DNA of 63,967 nt, counting the filler, from an uncultured Methanospirillum sp. (GTDB lineage Archaea > Halobacteriota > Methanomicrobia > Methanomicrobiales > Methanospirillaceae): the NCBI GenBank assembly GCA_964637135.1. It is 3 parts of 3 records of this genome, joined end to end, with 100 filler letters (N's around TTAATTAATTAA, not from the genome) between each part and the next. Parts side by side here need not be neighbours in the genome. Positions count along the whole stretch, not along the records: positions 30,469 to 60,292 come from CAZWTX010000033.1; 2 more parts are not named here. The stretch is one strand, 5' to 3'. This document shows, in pieces, positions 43,613 through 55,863 of this stretch. The notes under the pieces were generated by a model. It saw only the letters and a list, made by a program, of their open reading frames with translations, was not told where the DNA came from and did no database searches. Within the stretch, counting starts at the first letter, position 1; the number at the start of each line of letters is the position of its first letter. The position numbers and the translations under genes were made by a program.

Positions 43613-43969
43613 GAGGGGAAGGAGATCAGTTCCCCTGATACAGCCATACATTCCGCTGGCTGCTTCCTTCTCGGAGTATACCTGGGTATCGTCCCTGTCT
43701 TTTCCATACAGCACGAACGGGACGGGATTGGCGGTATGTGTTTTGATCCGGATCGGGGTCGGGTGATCCGGGGGGAGGAGAATCCGCCCGTCAAATCCTG
43801 ACAGGATGGTATCGAGTATCCGGTCCACCACCTCGATGGCCCTGATCTTCTCTTCGATGCTTCCCATATGGCCGGCAGGTGTCCGGCGGCTATCCGCTCC
43901 CGGGATAACCACGAGGTTGTGGTTACTAATCCCCGGATAGGTGGTTCCTCCGGTTAGCCGTCAGTTCAG
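43601..43969 (-). pseudogene. Internally deleted duplicate of the apgM 3' part
   Basis: 43601-43876 matches 44776-45051, 43869-43903 matches 45306-45340, and 43900-43969 matches 45483-45552. Confidence 0.92.
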
Positions 43970-43981
43970 AAAAAAAGGCAG

Positions 43982-44632
43982 TTATTGGATCCGGGTGCCA
44001 TCCCAGCTTTCTGCGAGTTCTAAATCACCGTATCCAAGCATGCCGGTGTATGCGTCGTTACCCTCTTCCATCGTGAAGCGGAATTTTCCGGTTTCGATCC
44101 AGGTTCCCTCGAAACTCTTTCCGTCATCTGAAACAGTTCCGGTTACCTCGGCAAACTCGGTCAGGTTCGGATCGGTGGTAACAATCTTCCCGGTCAGGCT
44201 GGTGCCTTCCCCGGTAAGGGTCAGGAGGTAGTCAGCCGATTTCCATTCTCCGGTAACACCGTCTGAACCATCCCTGGTATATGTCTCAAGCTCGTTGCAG
44301 CATCCCCAGAGGATTTCTGCCGAACCCATGTCGTCAGAGAGGTTCATGGTTATCGGACCGATATCTTTCCAGGTTCCAACGACCTCTTTTCCATCGTCGC
44401 TGACTGTTCCTTCAAGCGTACTGGAAATGAGCCTGACTCCTTCTTCCGGAATGTAAATTCCGGTCACATTTGTTCCTGTCTGAGTCAGGTCAACCGTGGC
44501 ATTTTTTTCAGTCAGCCATGATCCGGTCCAGAGATCGACTCCTTCAGTGACAGCGATTCCCCCTGCTGCATACGCAGCCGGTACGAGAACAGCCGTACAG
44601 AGAAGGATCAGTAGGTAGAGTTCATTTTTCAT
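43982..44632 (-). CDS. Secreted beta-rich repeat protein (paralog B)
   Basis: Colinear with paralog A (VDLWTGSW, SSTLEGTVS, DIGPITMNLSDD). Confidence 0.75.
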   Translation of the reverse strand: MKNELYLLILLCTAVLVPAAYAAGGIAVTEGVDLWTGSWLTEKNATVDLTQTGTNVTGIYIPEEGVRLISSTLEGTVSDDGKEVVGTWKDIGPITMNLSDDMGSAEILWGCCNELETYTRDGSDGVTGEWKSADYLLTLTGEGTSLTGKIVTTDPNLTEFAEVTGTVSDDGKSFEGTWIETGKFRFTMEEGNDAYTGMLGYGDLELAESWDGTRIQ

Positions 44633-44775
44633 GCCAGTATCACTCCCGATGAAGTGATCAAATCGAAGAGATGTTCTTTCAGACGTTAAGACTATCTGTT
44701 CTCTGAAAAATGATGAATTTGCAACCGATAGCCATATCGGTCCGTGTTTACAGCGCTGATGCCTGGACTGGCCGT

Positions 44776-45927
44776 TTATGAGAAGAGGAGGGGAAGGAGA
44801 TCGGTTCCCCTGATACAGCCATACATTCCGCTGGCTGCTTCCTTCTCGGAGTATACCCGGGTATCGTCCCTGTCTTTTCCATACAGCACGAACGGGACGG
44901 GATCGGCGGTATGGGTTTTGATCCGGATCGGGGTCGGGTGATCCGGGAGGAGGAGAATCCGTCCGTCAAATCCTGACAGGATAGTACCGAGCATCCGGTC
45001 CACCTCCTCGATGGCTCTGATCTTCTCAGTGATGCTTCCCATATGGCCGGCTTCGTCAGGGGCCTCAACATGGAGATACACAAAATCGAGCCGTTTCAGT
45101 GCCTCGACGGCATACCGTGCCTTTGCCTGGTAATCAGTGTCGATAAACCCGGTCGCTCCCGGGACGCTGATAATCTCCATCCCGGCATATTTCGCTATAC
45201 CGTTCAGGAGATCGACTGCCGAGATCATCCCCCCGGTCTTATTCCACCGGTCCTGAAATGAGGGGATGGCAGGTCTCGCCCCGCCGCTCCACGGCCATAC
45301 CTGGGTGGCCGGCAGGTTTCCGGCGGCGATCCGCTCCCGGTTGACCGGATGTCCGGCAAAGACCTCCCTGCTCAGATTCATCATGGTATCAAGGAGTGGA
45401 GCGTCAGGCCCGGACGGGAGGTGGGGGGCGATCTCCTGGCCGGTGATATCATGTGGTGCAGTTGTCACCGAGCCTCCTGCTGCCGGAATAACCACGAGAT
45501 TGCGGTAACTGATCCCCGGGTATGCGGCTGCTCCGGTCAGCCGTTCGTTCAGGCTTTTCAGGAGGGCTGCCCCTTCCGCACTCGTGATATGGCCGGCGTT
45601 GAAGTCCTCCATGATGCCGTTTTGGATGGTCACGAGGTTACACCGGTAGGCATACTCCCCGTCTTTCAGGTCAATGCCCATGCTCGCCGCTTCGAGTGCT
45701 CCCCGGCCGGTGTAACAGCCGGCAGGATCATACCCGAGCACCGAGAGATTGGCGATATCGCTTCCCGGGGAAAACCCGTCAGGCACGGTGTGTGCCTGCC
45801 CCATTGCCCCTTCACGGGCAAGACGATCCATGTTCGGGGTACGGGCTACTTCGAGCGGCGTCTTTCCCCCGAGTTCAGCGATGGGTTCGTCTGCCATCCC
45901 GTCCCCGAGGAGCAGGAGGTATTTCAT
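44776..45927 (-). CDS. apgM: Cofactor-independent phosphoglycerate mutase
   Basis: GDGMAD, GSDIAN, GRGALEA, HVEAPDEAGH and DHPTP motifs. Confidence 0.92.
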   Translation of the reverse strand: MKYLLLLGDGMADEPIAELGGKTPLEVARTPNMDRLAREGAMGQAHTVPDGFSPGSDIANLSVLGYDPAGCYTGRGALEAASMGIDLKDGEYAYRCNLVTIQNGIMEDFNAGHITSAEGAALLKSLNERLTGAAAYPGISYRNLVVIPAAGGSVTTAPHDITGQEIAPHLPSGPDAPLLDTMMNLSREVFAGHPVNRERIAAGNLPATQVWPWSGGARPAIPSFQDRWNKTGGMISAVDLLNGIAKYAGMEIISVPGATGFIDTDYQAKARYAVEALKRLDFVYLHVEAPDEAGHMGSITEKIRAIEEVDRMLGTILSGFDGRILLLPDHPTPIRIKTHTADPVPFVLYGKDRDDTRVYSEKEAASGMYGCIRGTDLLPLLFS

Positions 45928-46859
45928 TGCTCCCCGAGTCCTGCCCGTACGGCTGCCCTGATGCTCTCCCTGCTCGATATCCCGGGGTTCCAGCCAAAGG
46001 CCCTCAGTTTTTCAATCCCGAGTTGCATCTTCGGGACATCCCCGACCCAGCCACGGCTGCCTCCCGTGTACCGGAAGATGGCCCCGGGAAGACCCATCTC
46101 TTCCCTGACTATCTCTGCAATAGTGGTGACATCAACCCAGTCTTCTGACCCGATGTTGAATGTATTCACCGGATCGTGAGCATGCCCGATTGCATGGCAG
46201 ATTGCCCGGATACACTCCTTTACCTCGAGGTATGACTTCGTCTGTTTCCCGTCTCCGAGGATCTCAAGTTCGGCAGGATTGTCCTTAAGTTTCCGGATAA
46301 AATCGGTGATAACACCGTGCCCGCTCCGCTCCCCGATGATGTTTGCAAATCTGAACACGTATGCCCGTTTTTCAAAACTGTGACAATACGCTGATATGAG
46401 GGCCTCGCAGGCAAGTTTTGCCGCCCCGTATACCGAGACCGGTTCCATCGGGGTGTAGGTCTCCGGGGTCGGGATCACCGTTGCTTCGCCGTATACTGTG
46501 GAGGTCGAGGTGAAGACGATCTCCTGAACGGCTGCGATCCGCATCATCTCAAGCACCCGGTGGGTCGCGATGATGGTGTTATTCAGTTGGTTTTCCGGCC
46601 TGACGGCACTCTCCCTGACATCAGGGTCAGCCGCGAAGTGGAAGACCCGGTCATATCCCCGGCAGGATTCCTGCCAGGTATTGTCAAGGAGATCGGCTTT
46701 CAGGAATGTGACCGTTCCGGCGTCGATATGTGGTTTAAGATATTCAGGGTTGCCGGAGATGAGGGAGTCGATGACGAGAACCTCATCACCGTCCGCGATG
46801 AGCCGGTCGACCATGTGGGACCCGATGAATCCCGCTCCACCGGTCACTATGCTGCGCAT
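45924..46859 (-). CDS. NAD-dependent epimerase/dehydratase
   Basis: TGGAGFIG, STSTVYG and YGAAK motifs. Confidence 0.92.
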   Translation of the reverse strand: MRSIVTGGAGFIGSHMVDRLIADGDEVLVIDSLISGNPEYLKPHIDAGTVTFLKADLLDNTWQESCRGYDRVFHFAADPDVRESAVRPENQLNNTIIATHRVLEMMRIAAVQEIVFTSTSTVYGEATVIPTPETYTPMEPVSVYGAAKLACEALISAYCHSFEKRAYVFRFANIIGERSGHGVITDFIRKLKDNPAELEILGDGKQTKSYLEVKECIRAICHAIGHAHDPVNTFNIGSEDWVDVTTIAEIVREEMGLPGAIFRYTGGSRGWVGDVPKMQLGIEKLRAFGWNPGISSRESIRAAVRAGLGEQ

Positions 46860-46900
46860 CCATAGTAATATCCCTCTCAATCTACCTAATCGTACCTGCA

Positions 46901-47776
46901 ATGTTCATCGGAATAGACCATGGCACGACGGCAATGCGATTTGCAGGAGACGGTCCGGTCTTTAAAATTCCGCGAAAAGATGCTACCGGTTTCACGATCG
47001 CGGACCTGGAACGGCTCGCCCCCCCTGATGGCATCGACGGGATCGCGATAACCTACTCGATGGGGGATAACTTCTCGGAGATCCTCCCTGTCAGCCGGCT
47101 GAAGAACCGAGGGGTGATCAGTCGCGAAGGGGCCGGTGAGCATACCGGCGGCGGGACAACGGTCTTTGACGCAGTGCTGGCTTCCGGTATCCCCGCAATA
47201 GCTATTCCCGGTCTCCACCGGGGTTCCCCGACCGATCCACGGTTCAAGGTCTACTCCCACCAGGCAAGCCCGGAGAAGATCGGGATCGCCTACGAGGTTG
47301 CCCACCGTCTCGGGGGAACCTGCGTTGTCTCTGATATCAGTTCGAATACGGTCTCCCTCCTTGTTAAAGACGGGAAGCTCGTCGGTGGATTTGATGCCTG
47401 CGTCTTTGCACCCGGCCGGGTTCACGGGGCCCTTGATCTTGATGCCATACGACGGATCGATACCGGGGAGGAGACGGCGAACAATGCATTTCTCCATGCC
47501 GGGGTGAGGGATAATCTCGATGAAGCGGTTCGCATGCCTGCCGTTGCCATGTTTGCTGCGATGGAATGTGCATCCCTCCTCCTTCTTGCCCCTGATGCCC
47601 CGGTTGCCCTCTGCGGAAGTCTTGCAGAAGAGACCGGTTCTGAGATCAGCCGCCTGTTATCCCGTCCCGTGATGGTTCTCGATGAATGGACCGCTGCAAT
47701 CGGACTCAGCCGGATTGCCTCTGCTGTTTTTTCAGATCATGCCCGGGAAATCCTTGGTATCCCGGTCCGGATCTAA
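46901..47776 (+). CDS. Methanogenesis marker protein 12 (UPF0285)
   Basis: FIGIDHGTT, YSMGD, YSHQASPEK and SDISSNTV motifs. Confidence 0.85.
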   Translation: MFIGIDHGTTAMRFAGDGPVFKIPRKDATGFTIADLERLAPPDGIDGIAITYSMGDNFSEILPVSRLKNRGVISREGAGEHTGGGTTVFDAVLASGIPAIAIPGLHRGSPTDPRFKVYSHQASPEKIGIAYEVAHRLGGTCVVSDISSNTVSLLVKDGKLVGGFDACVFAPGRVHGALDLDAIRRIDTGEETANNAFLHAGVRDNLDEAVRMPAVAMFAAMECASLLLLAPDAPVALCGSLAEETGSEISRLLSRPVMVLDEWTAAIGLSRIASAVFSDHAREILGIPVRI

Positions 47777-47817
47777 ATTTTATATGATTAATCGTGTAAA
47801 ATATACTGGGATTATCC

Positions 47818-48360
47818 TTGAGAGAGTTACGGATTCATGGCAGAGGGGGTCAGGGCTCGGTCACCGCTGCAGAACTGATCGCAGTTGCTGCCTTTAAAAG
47901 CGGCGTCTTCTCCCAGGCGTTTCCGGCGTTTGGAGTGGAGCGACGCGGAGCTCCCGTGCAGGCATTTGTCAGGTTCTCTGACAAGAAAATTCGGCTCCGG
48001 AGCCAGGTGTATGAGCCAAAATACATCATTGTGCAGGACAGTTCGCTGATCCGGGATGTTGATGTCTTTGCCGGGATGGGTCCGGGTGGCATTGCCCTTA
48101 TCAATACCGCGGGAGCAGTTGAAGGAACAATCCCGGCTGGTGTAAAAGTCATCCCGATCGATGCGACGAAGATGGCACTTGAGATCCTCGGGGTGCCGAT
48201 CACCAATACCACCCTCATGGGGGCATTTGCCGCTGCAAGCGGGGAAATCTCACTTGAGGCCCTTGAAGAAGCGGTCAGGGAACGGTTCTCCGGGTCACTC
48301 GCCGACAAGAACGTGACCGCCGCACGGGCCGCGTTCGAACTCATCAGGGGGGCTGCCTGA
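47818..48360 (+). CDS. porC: Pyruvate:ferredoxin oxidoreductase gamma subunit
   Basis: HGRGGQG and FGVERRGAPV motifs. Confidence 0.92.
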   Translation: MRELRIHGRGGQGSVTAAELIAVAAFKSGVFSQAFPAFGVERRGAPVQAFVRFSDKKIRLRSQVYEPKYIIVQDSSLIRDVDVFAGMGPGGIALINTAGAVEGTIPAGVKVIPIDATKMALEILGVPITNTTLMGAFAAASGEISLEALEEAVRERFSGSLADKNVTAARAAFELIRGAA

Positions 48361-48620
48361 TGTCGCTTCGCATTGGATGCTGTGCAAAGCCCGGCCAGGC
48401 CCAGGAGAATAAAACCGGGTCATGGCGGGTCTTCAAGCCGGTCTTTGATCACGATAAATGCACCTCCTGCGGTATGTGTCAGCTTGTCTGCCCGGAGGGA
48501 TGCATTGCGGCAGATGAAAAGAAGGAATATATCCCGGATTATGATTTTTGCAAAGGATGCGGCCTGTGCGCAACCGAATGTCCGGCAAAGGCGATTGAGA
48601 TGATCACGGAGGAGAAATAA
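48360..48620 (+). CDS. porD: Pyruvate:ferredoxin oxidoreductase delta subunit
   Basis: KTGSWR and two CxxCxxCxxxCP clusters. Confidence 0.92.
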   Translation: MSLRIGCCAKPGQAQENKTGSWRVFKPVFDHDKCTSCGMCQLVCPEGCIAADEKKEYIPDYDFCKGCGLCATECPAKAIEMITEEK

Positions 48621-49780
48621 TGAACCAGATCATGGAAGGATCCCATGCCGTTGCCGAAGCGGTGAAGTTATGCAAGCCTGATGTAATCTCGGCATACCCG
48701 ATCACACCCCAGACTCATATCGTGGAACGGCTTGCTGACATGGTTGCCGATGGCGATCTCGACAGCGAATACATCTGCGTGGAAAGCGAGTTTTCAGCCC
48801 TGTCCGCGTGTCTCGGAGCCTCGGCAGCCGGGTCCCGGGTCTATTCAGCAACCTCCTCGCAGGGACTGCTGCTCATGGCCGAGGTCTGTTTCAACGTTGC
48901 CGGGATGCGCCAGCCGATTGTGATGTCGATTGCGAACCGTGCCATCGGTGCACCGCTTTCGATCTGGAATGACCAGCAGGATTCGATCTCGCTGCGGGAT
49001 GCCGGGTGGATCCAGCTCTACGCCGAGGACGCACAGGAGACACTAGACCTCCACATCCTCGCGTATAAAGTTTCAGAAGACCATTCAGTCCTGCTCCCGT
49101 CCTTTGTATGTTTTGACGGGTTCATCCTCTCCCATACCTATGAACCGGTGGATATTCCCTCGCAGGCTGAAGTAGATGCGTACCTGCCGCCGTATAAGCC
49201 CTATAACAAGCTCGATGCCAAAGACCCGCTCTCCATGGGGATGTATGCAACTCCCGAGTATTACCTCGAGTTCAGGTACGAGATGGATCAGGCGATGGTC
49301 AGGTCGATTGACGCCATCCGGAAAGCAGGAAAGGAGTTCGGGAAGGTCTTCGGCAGGGACTACAGCGAACTTGTCGAAGGATACCGGCTCGAGGATGCCG
49401 ATCTTGTCCTGGTTGCGATGGGGTCCATCTGCGGGACGATCAAGGATGCCATCGACGAGCTGAGACAGGAGGGCAAAAAAGTCGGGCTTCTCAAGATCCG
49501 GTGTTACCGTCCGTTCCCGGCTGAAGATGTCAGGAAAGCCCTTGCAAAGGCAAAGAAGATCGGGATTTTCGAGAAGAACATCTCCTTTGGAGCCCGGATG
49601 AAAGGAGCCGTCGGGTACGAGGTGAAAGACGCCGTTGGCAACTCGTCTGTTCCGGTGCTGAGTTATGTCGCGGGTCTTGGCGGACGCGATGTCAGGATCG
49701 CGGATATCAAGAATATCTTTACGGAACTTGAAGCAGGCCGTGGCGATTGTTTCTACGGACTCAGAAAGGAGTTGATCTGA
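48620..49780 (+). CDS. porA: Pyruvate:ferredoxin oxidoreductase alpha subunit
   Basis: AYPITPQT, ESEFSA and ATSSQGL motifs. Confidence 0.93.
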   Translation: MNQIMEGSHAVAEAVKLCKPDVISAYPITPQTHIVERLADMVADGDLDSEYICVESEFSALSACLGASAAGSRVYSATSSQGLLLMAEVCFNVAGMRQPIVMSIANRAIGAPLSIWNDQQDSISLRDAGWIQLYAEDAQETLDLHILAYKVSEDHSVLLPSFVCFDGFILSHTYEPVDIPSQAEVDAYLPPYKPYNKLDAKDPLSMGMYATPEYYLEFRYEMDQAMVRSIDAIRKAGKEFGKVFGRDYSELVEGYRLEDADLVLVAMGSICGTIKDAIDELRQEGKKVGLLKIRCYRPFPAEDVRKALAKAKKIGIFEKNISFGARMKGAVGYEVKDAVGNSSVPVLSYVAGLGGRDVRIADIKNIFTELEAGRGDCFYGLRKELI

Positions 49781-50658
49781 TGGACAAGACCTGTGAACTG
49801 GTTGACTGCGGACACCGTGCATGCGGCGGATGCGGACCGGCTTATGCTGCCCGGATGATCCTGAAGGGTACCGGACCGAACACGATCATCTGTGCCGCCA
49901 CCGGGTGCATGGAAGTCTTCTCGACTCCCTACCCGCAGACTGCCTGGAAGGTGCCCTGGATTCACTCCCTCTTTGAGAATGCCTCTGCCGTGGCATCGGG
50001 AGTTGAGGCTGCCCTCAAGCGGCAGGGACGGGACGAGCACGTCATCTGTATCTGCGGTGACGGAGCCACGTTCGATATCGGGATGCTCTGTATCAGCGGG
50101 GCATTTGAGCGGGGCCACGATATCACCTACATCTGCTATGACAACGAGGCGTACATGAACACCGGTATCCAGCGGTCGGGAGCAACCCCGTACGATGCCA
50201 GTACCACGACCTCGCCGCCAGGGAAACGGTCCTTCGGGAACAACCGGCCAAAGAAGGATCTCCCCCAGATCCTTGCTGCCCACGGTGCCCCGTACGTCGC
50301 CACCTGCTCCCTTGCCTACCCGAATGACATCATCAAGAAGGTAGACCGTGCCGTCAACACCGAAGGCCCGTGTTACATCCAGATCCATACCCCCTGCTGC
50401 ACGGGATGGGGCTTTGACGGGTCAAAGACGATCGCGGTCGGCAAGAAGGCTCTTGAATCCGGTCTCTGGGTCAACTATGAACTGGTCAACGGCCAGCTTG
50501 AGAAGGCAAAAAAGATCAAGCGCCAGCCGGTTGACGAATACCTGAAGATGCAGAAACGGTTTGCCCATCTCTTCAAACCGGCACGAAACGATGCCGAAAT
50601 TGCAAAGATACAGGCGATCGCAGACGCCAATGCCGCAAAATACGGCATTGATCTCTGA
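49780..50658 (+). CDS. porB: Pyruvate:ferredoxin oxidoreductase beta subunit
   Basis: GHRACGGC, TGCME and the GDG...DNEAYMNTG TPP motif. Confidence 0.93.
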   Translation: MDKTCELVDCGHRACGGCGPAYAARMILKGTGPNTIICAATGCMEVFSTPYPQTAWKVPWIHSLFENASAVASGVEAALKRQGRDEHVICICGDGATFDIGMLCISGAFERGHDITYICYDNEAYMNTGIQRSGATPYDASTTTSPPGKRSFGNNRPKKDLPQILAAHGAPYVATCSLAYPNDIIKKVDRAVNTEGPCYIQIHTPCCTGWGFDGSKTIAVGKKALESGLWVNYELVNGQLEKAKKIKRQPVDEYLKMQKRFAHLFKPARNDAEIAKIQAIADANAAKYGIDL

Positions 50659-50720
50659 ATTATTCTTCTTTTTAAAAAGACATCCTAAAAAGGGGAGCCA
50701 TCCAACACCCTATCATCGGG

Positions 50721-53045
50721 GTGATCGCGATCCGTCCGGTTCTGTTTATAGACGACAATCCTGCGTTCGGGGAATTATTCAAGCTCTTTCTGGAGGCGCA
50801 TTCGGATTTTCCCGTGTGCACCTTTGAGAACGGGGATGATGCCCTGGCATACCTTTCAGCCCATCCGGTCTCGGCGGTTGTTTCTGATTACGATATGCCG
50901 GATATCGACGGGATCAGTATTCTCCGGGTGGTGCGCAGGCAGTACCCTGACCTCCCGTTCATCATGCTGACCGGGATGGGGGATCAGCAGACCGCGATCG
51001 ACGCCCTCAATGCCGGGGCTGATTTTTATCAGACCAAGGGGCACCGGTTTGAGGAACAGGTCGTGGATCTTGCAAACAAGATCCGCGTCCTGAGCGAACG
51101 GGCCGCGGCACAGGAGGCCGTTCTTCGCAAGGACCGGATCCTTGAGGCGATCAGCTACGCTACCGGACACCTGCTCCGGGGAAACGACTGGGAGTCTGAG
51201 ATAACCGAAATCCTCTCCCGGATCGGCGAGGCCACGAAGGCGCATATGACCTTCCTGCTCCCCCTCCGGTACCCGGATGGCAGGCACAACGGATCTCTCT
51301 GGCTGAAAAATCCGTCCATCAGCCATCCCGGTCCGGAAGAACTCTCCCGGCTGATTGCACCTCTTTTTCTGCCACGGTCCGGAAATCCGGAGAACATTGT
51401 GCTCTCATCCTCTTCCTGTACAGAGCCGCTTCTTCTGGAGTTCATGAAACGCCAGTCACTTGAGACACTGCTCCTTGTCCCGGTGATGGAAGAATCGCAG
51501 CCCTGGGGAGTGTTTGGCTGCGGGCGTCTCCCTGAACTGGAACCGTTCAGCCAGGTCGAGGAGCATGCCCTCAGGATGGCAGCAGACCTGATCGGCTCTC
51601 TCCGGTACCGGCTCTATATCGAGGAGGTCTTCAGAAACCCGGTCGAAGAGTCAGTAGTAGGTGTTTTTTTCATCCGGAACGACCGCTTCTTCTACGTCAA
51701 TCCCCGGCTCTGCCAGATCGTCGGGTACCCCCGGGAACGGATCATTGGGGCTGACATCTTTGCAAATATTCACCACGATGATCGCGATGCGGTACGGGAG
51801 ATCTACCGGAGGATCATGGATGGGACAGTTCCCTCTGCTCATCTCGAGTGCCGGGTGTTCCGCAGTGACCGCCGGATCATCGTTCTCGATCTCTATCTCA
51901 CGGCCATCATAGAGGAAGAAGAGCGGTGTGTTGTGGGAAACATGATGGACATCACCAAGCGGCGGGCAGCCGAAGCAGCGCTCATCGAGAGTGAGGAGCG
52001 GTTCCGGCTGCTCTTTTCAAATATCCACGATCTAGTCTTCCTCCACAGCCTTCCGGCGATGGACCGGCCTGATGCCATCATTGAGATGAACGATGCATCG
52101 CTCCGTATTCTCGGGTACCAGCACCAGGCTCTCTATACCCTCCCGACACGGGTTCTCTTCCACGGGTCATCCCGTGCAGACTGGGACCGGCACTGTCGCA
52201 CGGCCCTAAAGACTGCGGGGGTCACGTCTGAACTGAGCATGCTGAATACCGGAGGTGCCGGGGTGCCGATCGAGATCTCGACCCACCAGATGGTCCTCAA
52301 TGGTCGTGATGTCCTCCTCTCGGTTGCCAGGGATATTACCGACCGAAAAGAGGCCGAAGCGACTATCCGTGACGGGGAAGAGCGGCTCAAAGAGAATATG
52401 CTCACTTCCCTGCGGGAGAAGGAGACACTCCTGAAAGAGATCCACCACCGGGTCAAGAACAACATGCAGATCATCATCAGCCTCCTGAAACTGCAGGAGT
52501 TCAAGACAACCGATCCTGCCGTGCAGGAACTCCTCCGTGACTGCAGCAGCCGGATTTACTCGATGGTCATCGTGCATGAGAAGATCTACCAGAGTACCGG
52601 TCTTTCAGGAGTGTACCTTGACGAGTATGCCCGGGAGCTCTGTACCCGGATCATCAGCGATTACGAGGAGAAGACGGGGGCAATCAGATTTGATCTCGTC
52701 GCCCATGACCGGGTGATGGTTGATATCGCGACCGGGATTCCAATCGGCCTGATCCTGAACGAACTAATCACGAACAGCATCAAGTATGCTTTCCCCGCCC
52801 ATCACAACGGAGAGATCAGGATTGAGATTAAGAAGGACCGAAACTGTACCATTACGGTATCAGATAACGGCGTCGGGCTTCCCGAGGGGTTTGACGAGCG
52901 GACGCATTCGTCTCTCGGGGTCGTTCTCGTGACGAAACTGGCCTATCAGCTTGGGGGAGAGGCCGTGTGGACCTCTGATAATGGAACGGTCTGCACGGTG
53001 ACATTCCCTCTTGAAAAAGAACATATGGAGAAGAAGGTGGCATGA
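50721..53045 (+). CDS. Hybrid sensor kinase (REC-GAF-PAS-PAS-HisKA_2-HATPase)
   Basis: SDYDMP receiver, PAS ends (DITKR, DITDR), EIHHRVKNN, NELITNS and DNGVG motifs. Confidence 0.9.
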   Translation: MIAIRPVLFIDDNPAFGELFKLFLEAHSDFPVCTFENGDDALAYLSAHPVSAVVSDYDMPDIDGISILRVVRRQYPDLPFIMLTGMGDQQTAIDALNAGADFYQTKGHRFEEQVVDLANKIRVLSERAAAQEAVLRKDRILEAISYATGHLLRGNDWESEITEILSRIGEATKAHMTFLLPLRYPDGRHNGSLWLKNPSISHPGPEELSRLIAPLFLPRSGNPENIVLSSSSCTEPLLLEFMKRQSLETLLLVPVMEESQPWGVFGCGRLPELEPFSQVEEHALRMAADLIGSLRYRLYIEEVFRNPVEESVVGVFFIRNDRFFYVNPRLCQIVGYPRERIIGADIFANIHHDDRDAVREIYRRIMDGTVPSAHLECRVFRSDRRIIVLDLYLTAIIEEEERCVVGNMMDITKRRAAEAALIESEERFRLLFSNIHDLVFLHSLPAMDRPDAIIEMNDASLRILGYQHQALYTLPTRVLFHGSSRADWDRHCRTALKTAGVTSELSMLNTGGAGVPIEISTHQMVLNGRDVLLSVARDITDRKEAEATIRDGEERLKENMLTSLREKETLLKEIHHRVKNNMQIIISLLKLQEFKTTDPAVQELLRDCSSRIYSMVIVHEKIYQSTGLSGVYLDEYARELCTRIISDYEEKTGAIRFDLVAHDRVMVDIATGIPIGLILNELITNSIKYAFPAHHNGEIRIEIKKDRNCTITVSDNGVGLPEGFDERTHSSLGVVLVTKLAYQLGGEAVWTSDNGTVCTVTFPLEKEHMEKKVA

Positions 53046-53752
53046 AAGGAGCATCAATACTCATCGCAGAAGATGAGATGATCATCTCGATGGAGATGGC
53101 GGGAACTCTCCAGAGACTTGGGTACGTGATCAGCGGTCAGGTCGTGAATGGTGAGGATGCGGTGGCCGTAGCGAGGAAAACCCATCCTGATCTCGTGATG
53201 ATGGATATCCGGCTCCATGGAAAGATGGACGGGATCGATGCTGCGAATATCATCAGGACAGAACTTGGCATCCCGGTCATTTTCCTCACCGCCCACTCAG
53301 ATGAGATTACCCTCCAGCGTGCCGTATCTATTCAGCCATCTGCGTTTCTGATCAAGCCCTTCCGCGACCGGGAACTCTACTCGGCGATCGAACTGGCCCT
53401 TCACCGGCAGAGTCTTGTTACCTGGTTCGGGTCAGACCGCGATGGGAAGAGCGGTACGCTGCCGTCGATCCAGGACCTGACGGTTCCGGCACTCATTATC
53501 AACGGGGGATTTCGGATCAGGTCGATGAATGCTGCCTTGTCAGATCTGATCGGCCGCTCTGCCGATCTCCTCCTCGGCTCCTGTCTTGATACCCTTATCC
53601 TAGCGCCCGGGGTACCGGTCGAAGCACCTGACATCGCCTGCCTGCAGACGACCTCGGGGGATCAGATCCCGGTCAGGGTGACACTCCGCCCGCTTGGGCC
53701 TGGAGCATCCGGCGACCAGGAGTATCTCTGCCTGGTCTCCCCGGTTACCTGA
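53042..53752 (+). CDS. Response regulator (REC plus PAS-like)
   Basis: AEDE, MDIRL, FLTAH and IKPF motifs; overlaps the kinase stop. Confidence 0.88.
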   Translation: MKGASILIAEDEMIISMEMAGTLQRLGYVISGQVVNGEDAVAVARKTHPDLVMMDIRLHGKMDGIDAANIIRTELGIPVIFLTAHSDEITLQRAVSIQPSAFLIKPFRDRELYSAIELALHRQSLVTWFGSDRDGKSGTLPSIQDLTVPALIINGGFRIRSMNAALSDLIGRSADLLLGSCLDTLILAPGVPVEAPDIACLQTTSGDQIPVRVTLRPLGPGASGDQEYLCLVSPVT

Positions 53753-53766
53753 CCGGTTTTTAGTTG

Positions 53767-55578
<1,812 letters not shown>

Positions 55579-55783
55579 GAATGGGTTTATCGGGAAGGGG
55601 GTTGTGGGTATTTCCCGATTCTTTCGAGGATGGCGTTTTTCGTCGATAATTGTGGGAGGATGGCGATTAACTCCAGGCTAACAACCTTGAATATATATAG
55701 TCTTTAGATGTGTTCTTACGCTAATGGGGGGTTAATCGTTATTCTTTTGAGAATAACTCATAAACCGGAACTAGTTATGAGGG

Positions 55784-55796
55784 TTTCAACAAAGCC
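55784..55796. mobile_element. Solo IS/MITE terminal repeat related to the MITE at 63218
   Basis: TTTCAACAAAGCC versus MITE end TTTCAACAGAGCC (12/13); no partner end found. Confidence 0.4.
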
Positions 55797-55863
55797 GGTT
55801 AATTATTGGGAAACTCTGACAGCCACTATTTTGATTATCGACAAAACCCATAATCACATATTC

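Noticed and set aside
43555..43620. Possible mini-CRISPR array
   Set aside because: Repeats are 12 bp with 3-5 bp spacers and derive from the apgM end; there are no cas genes.
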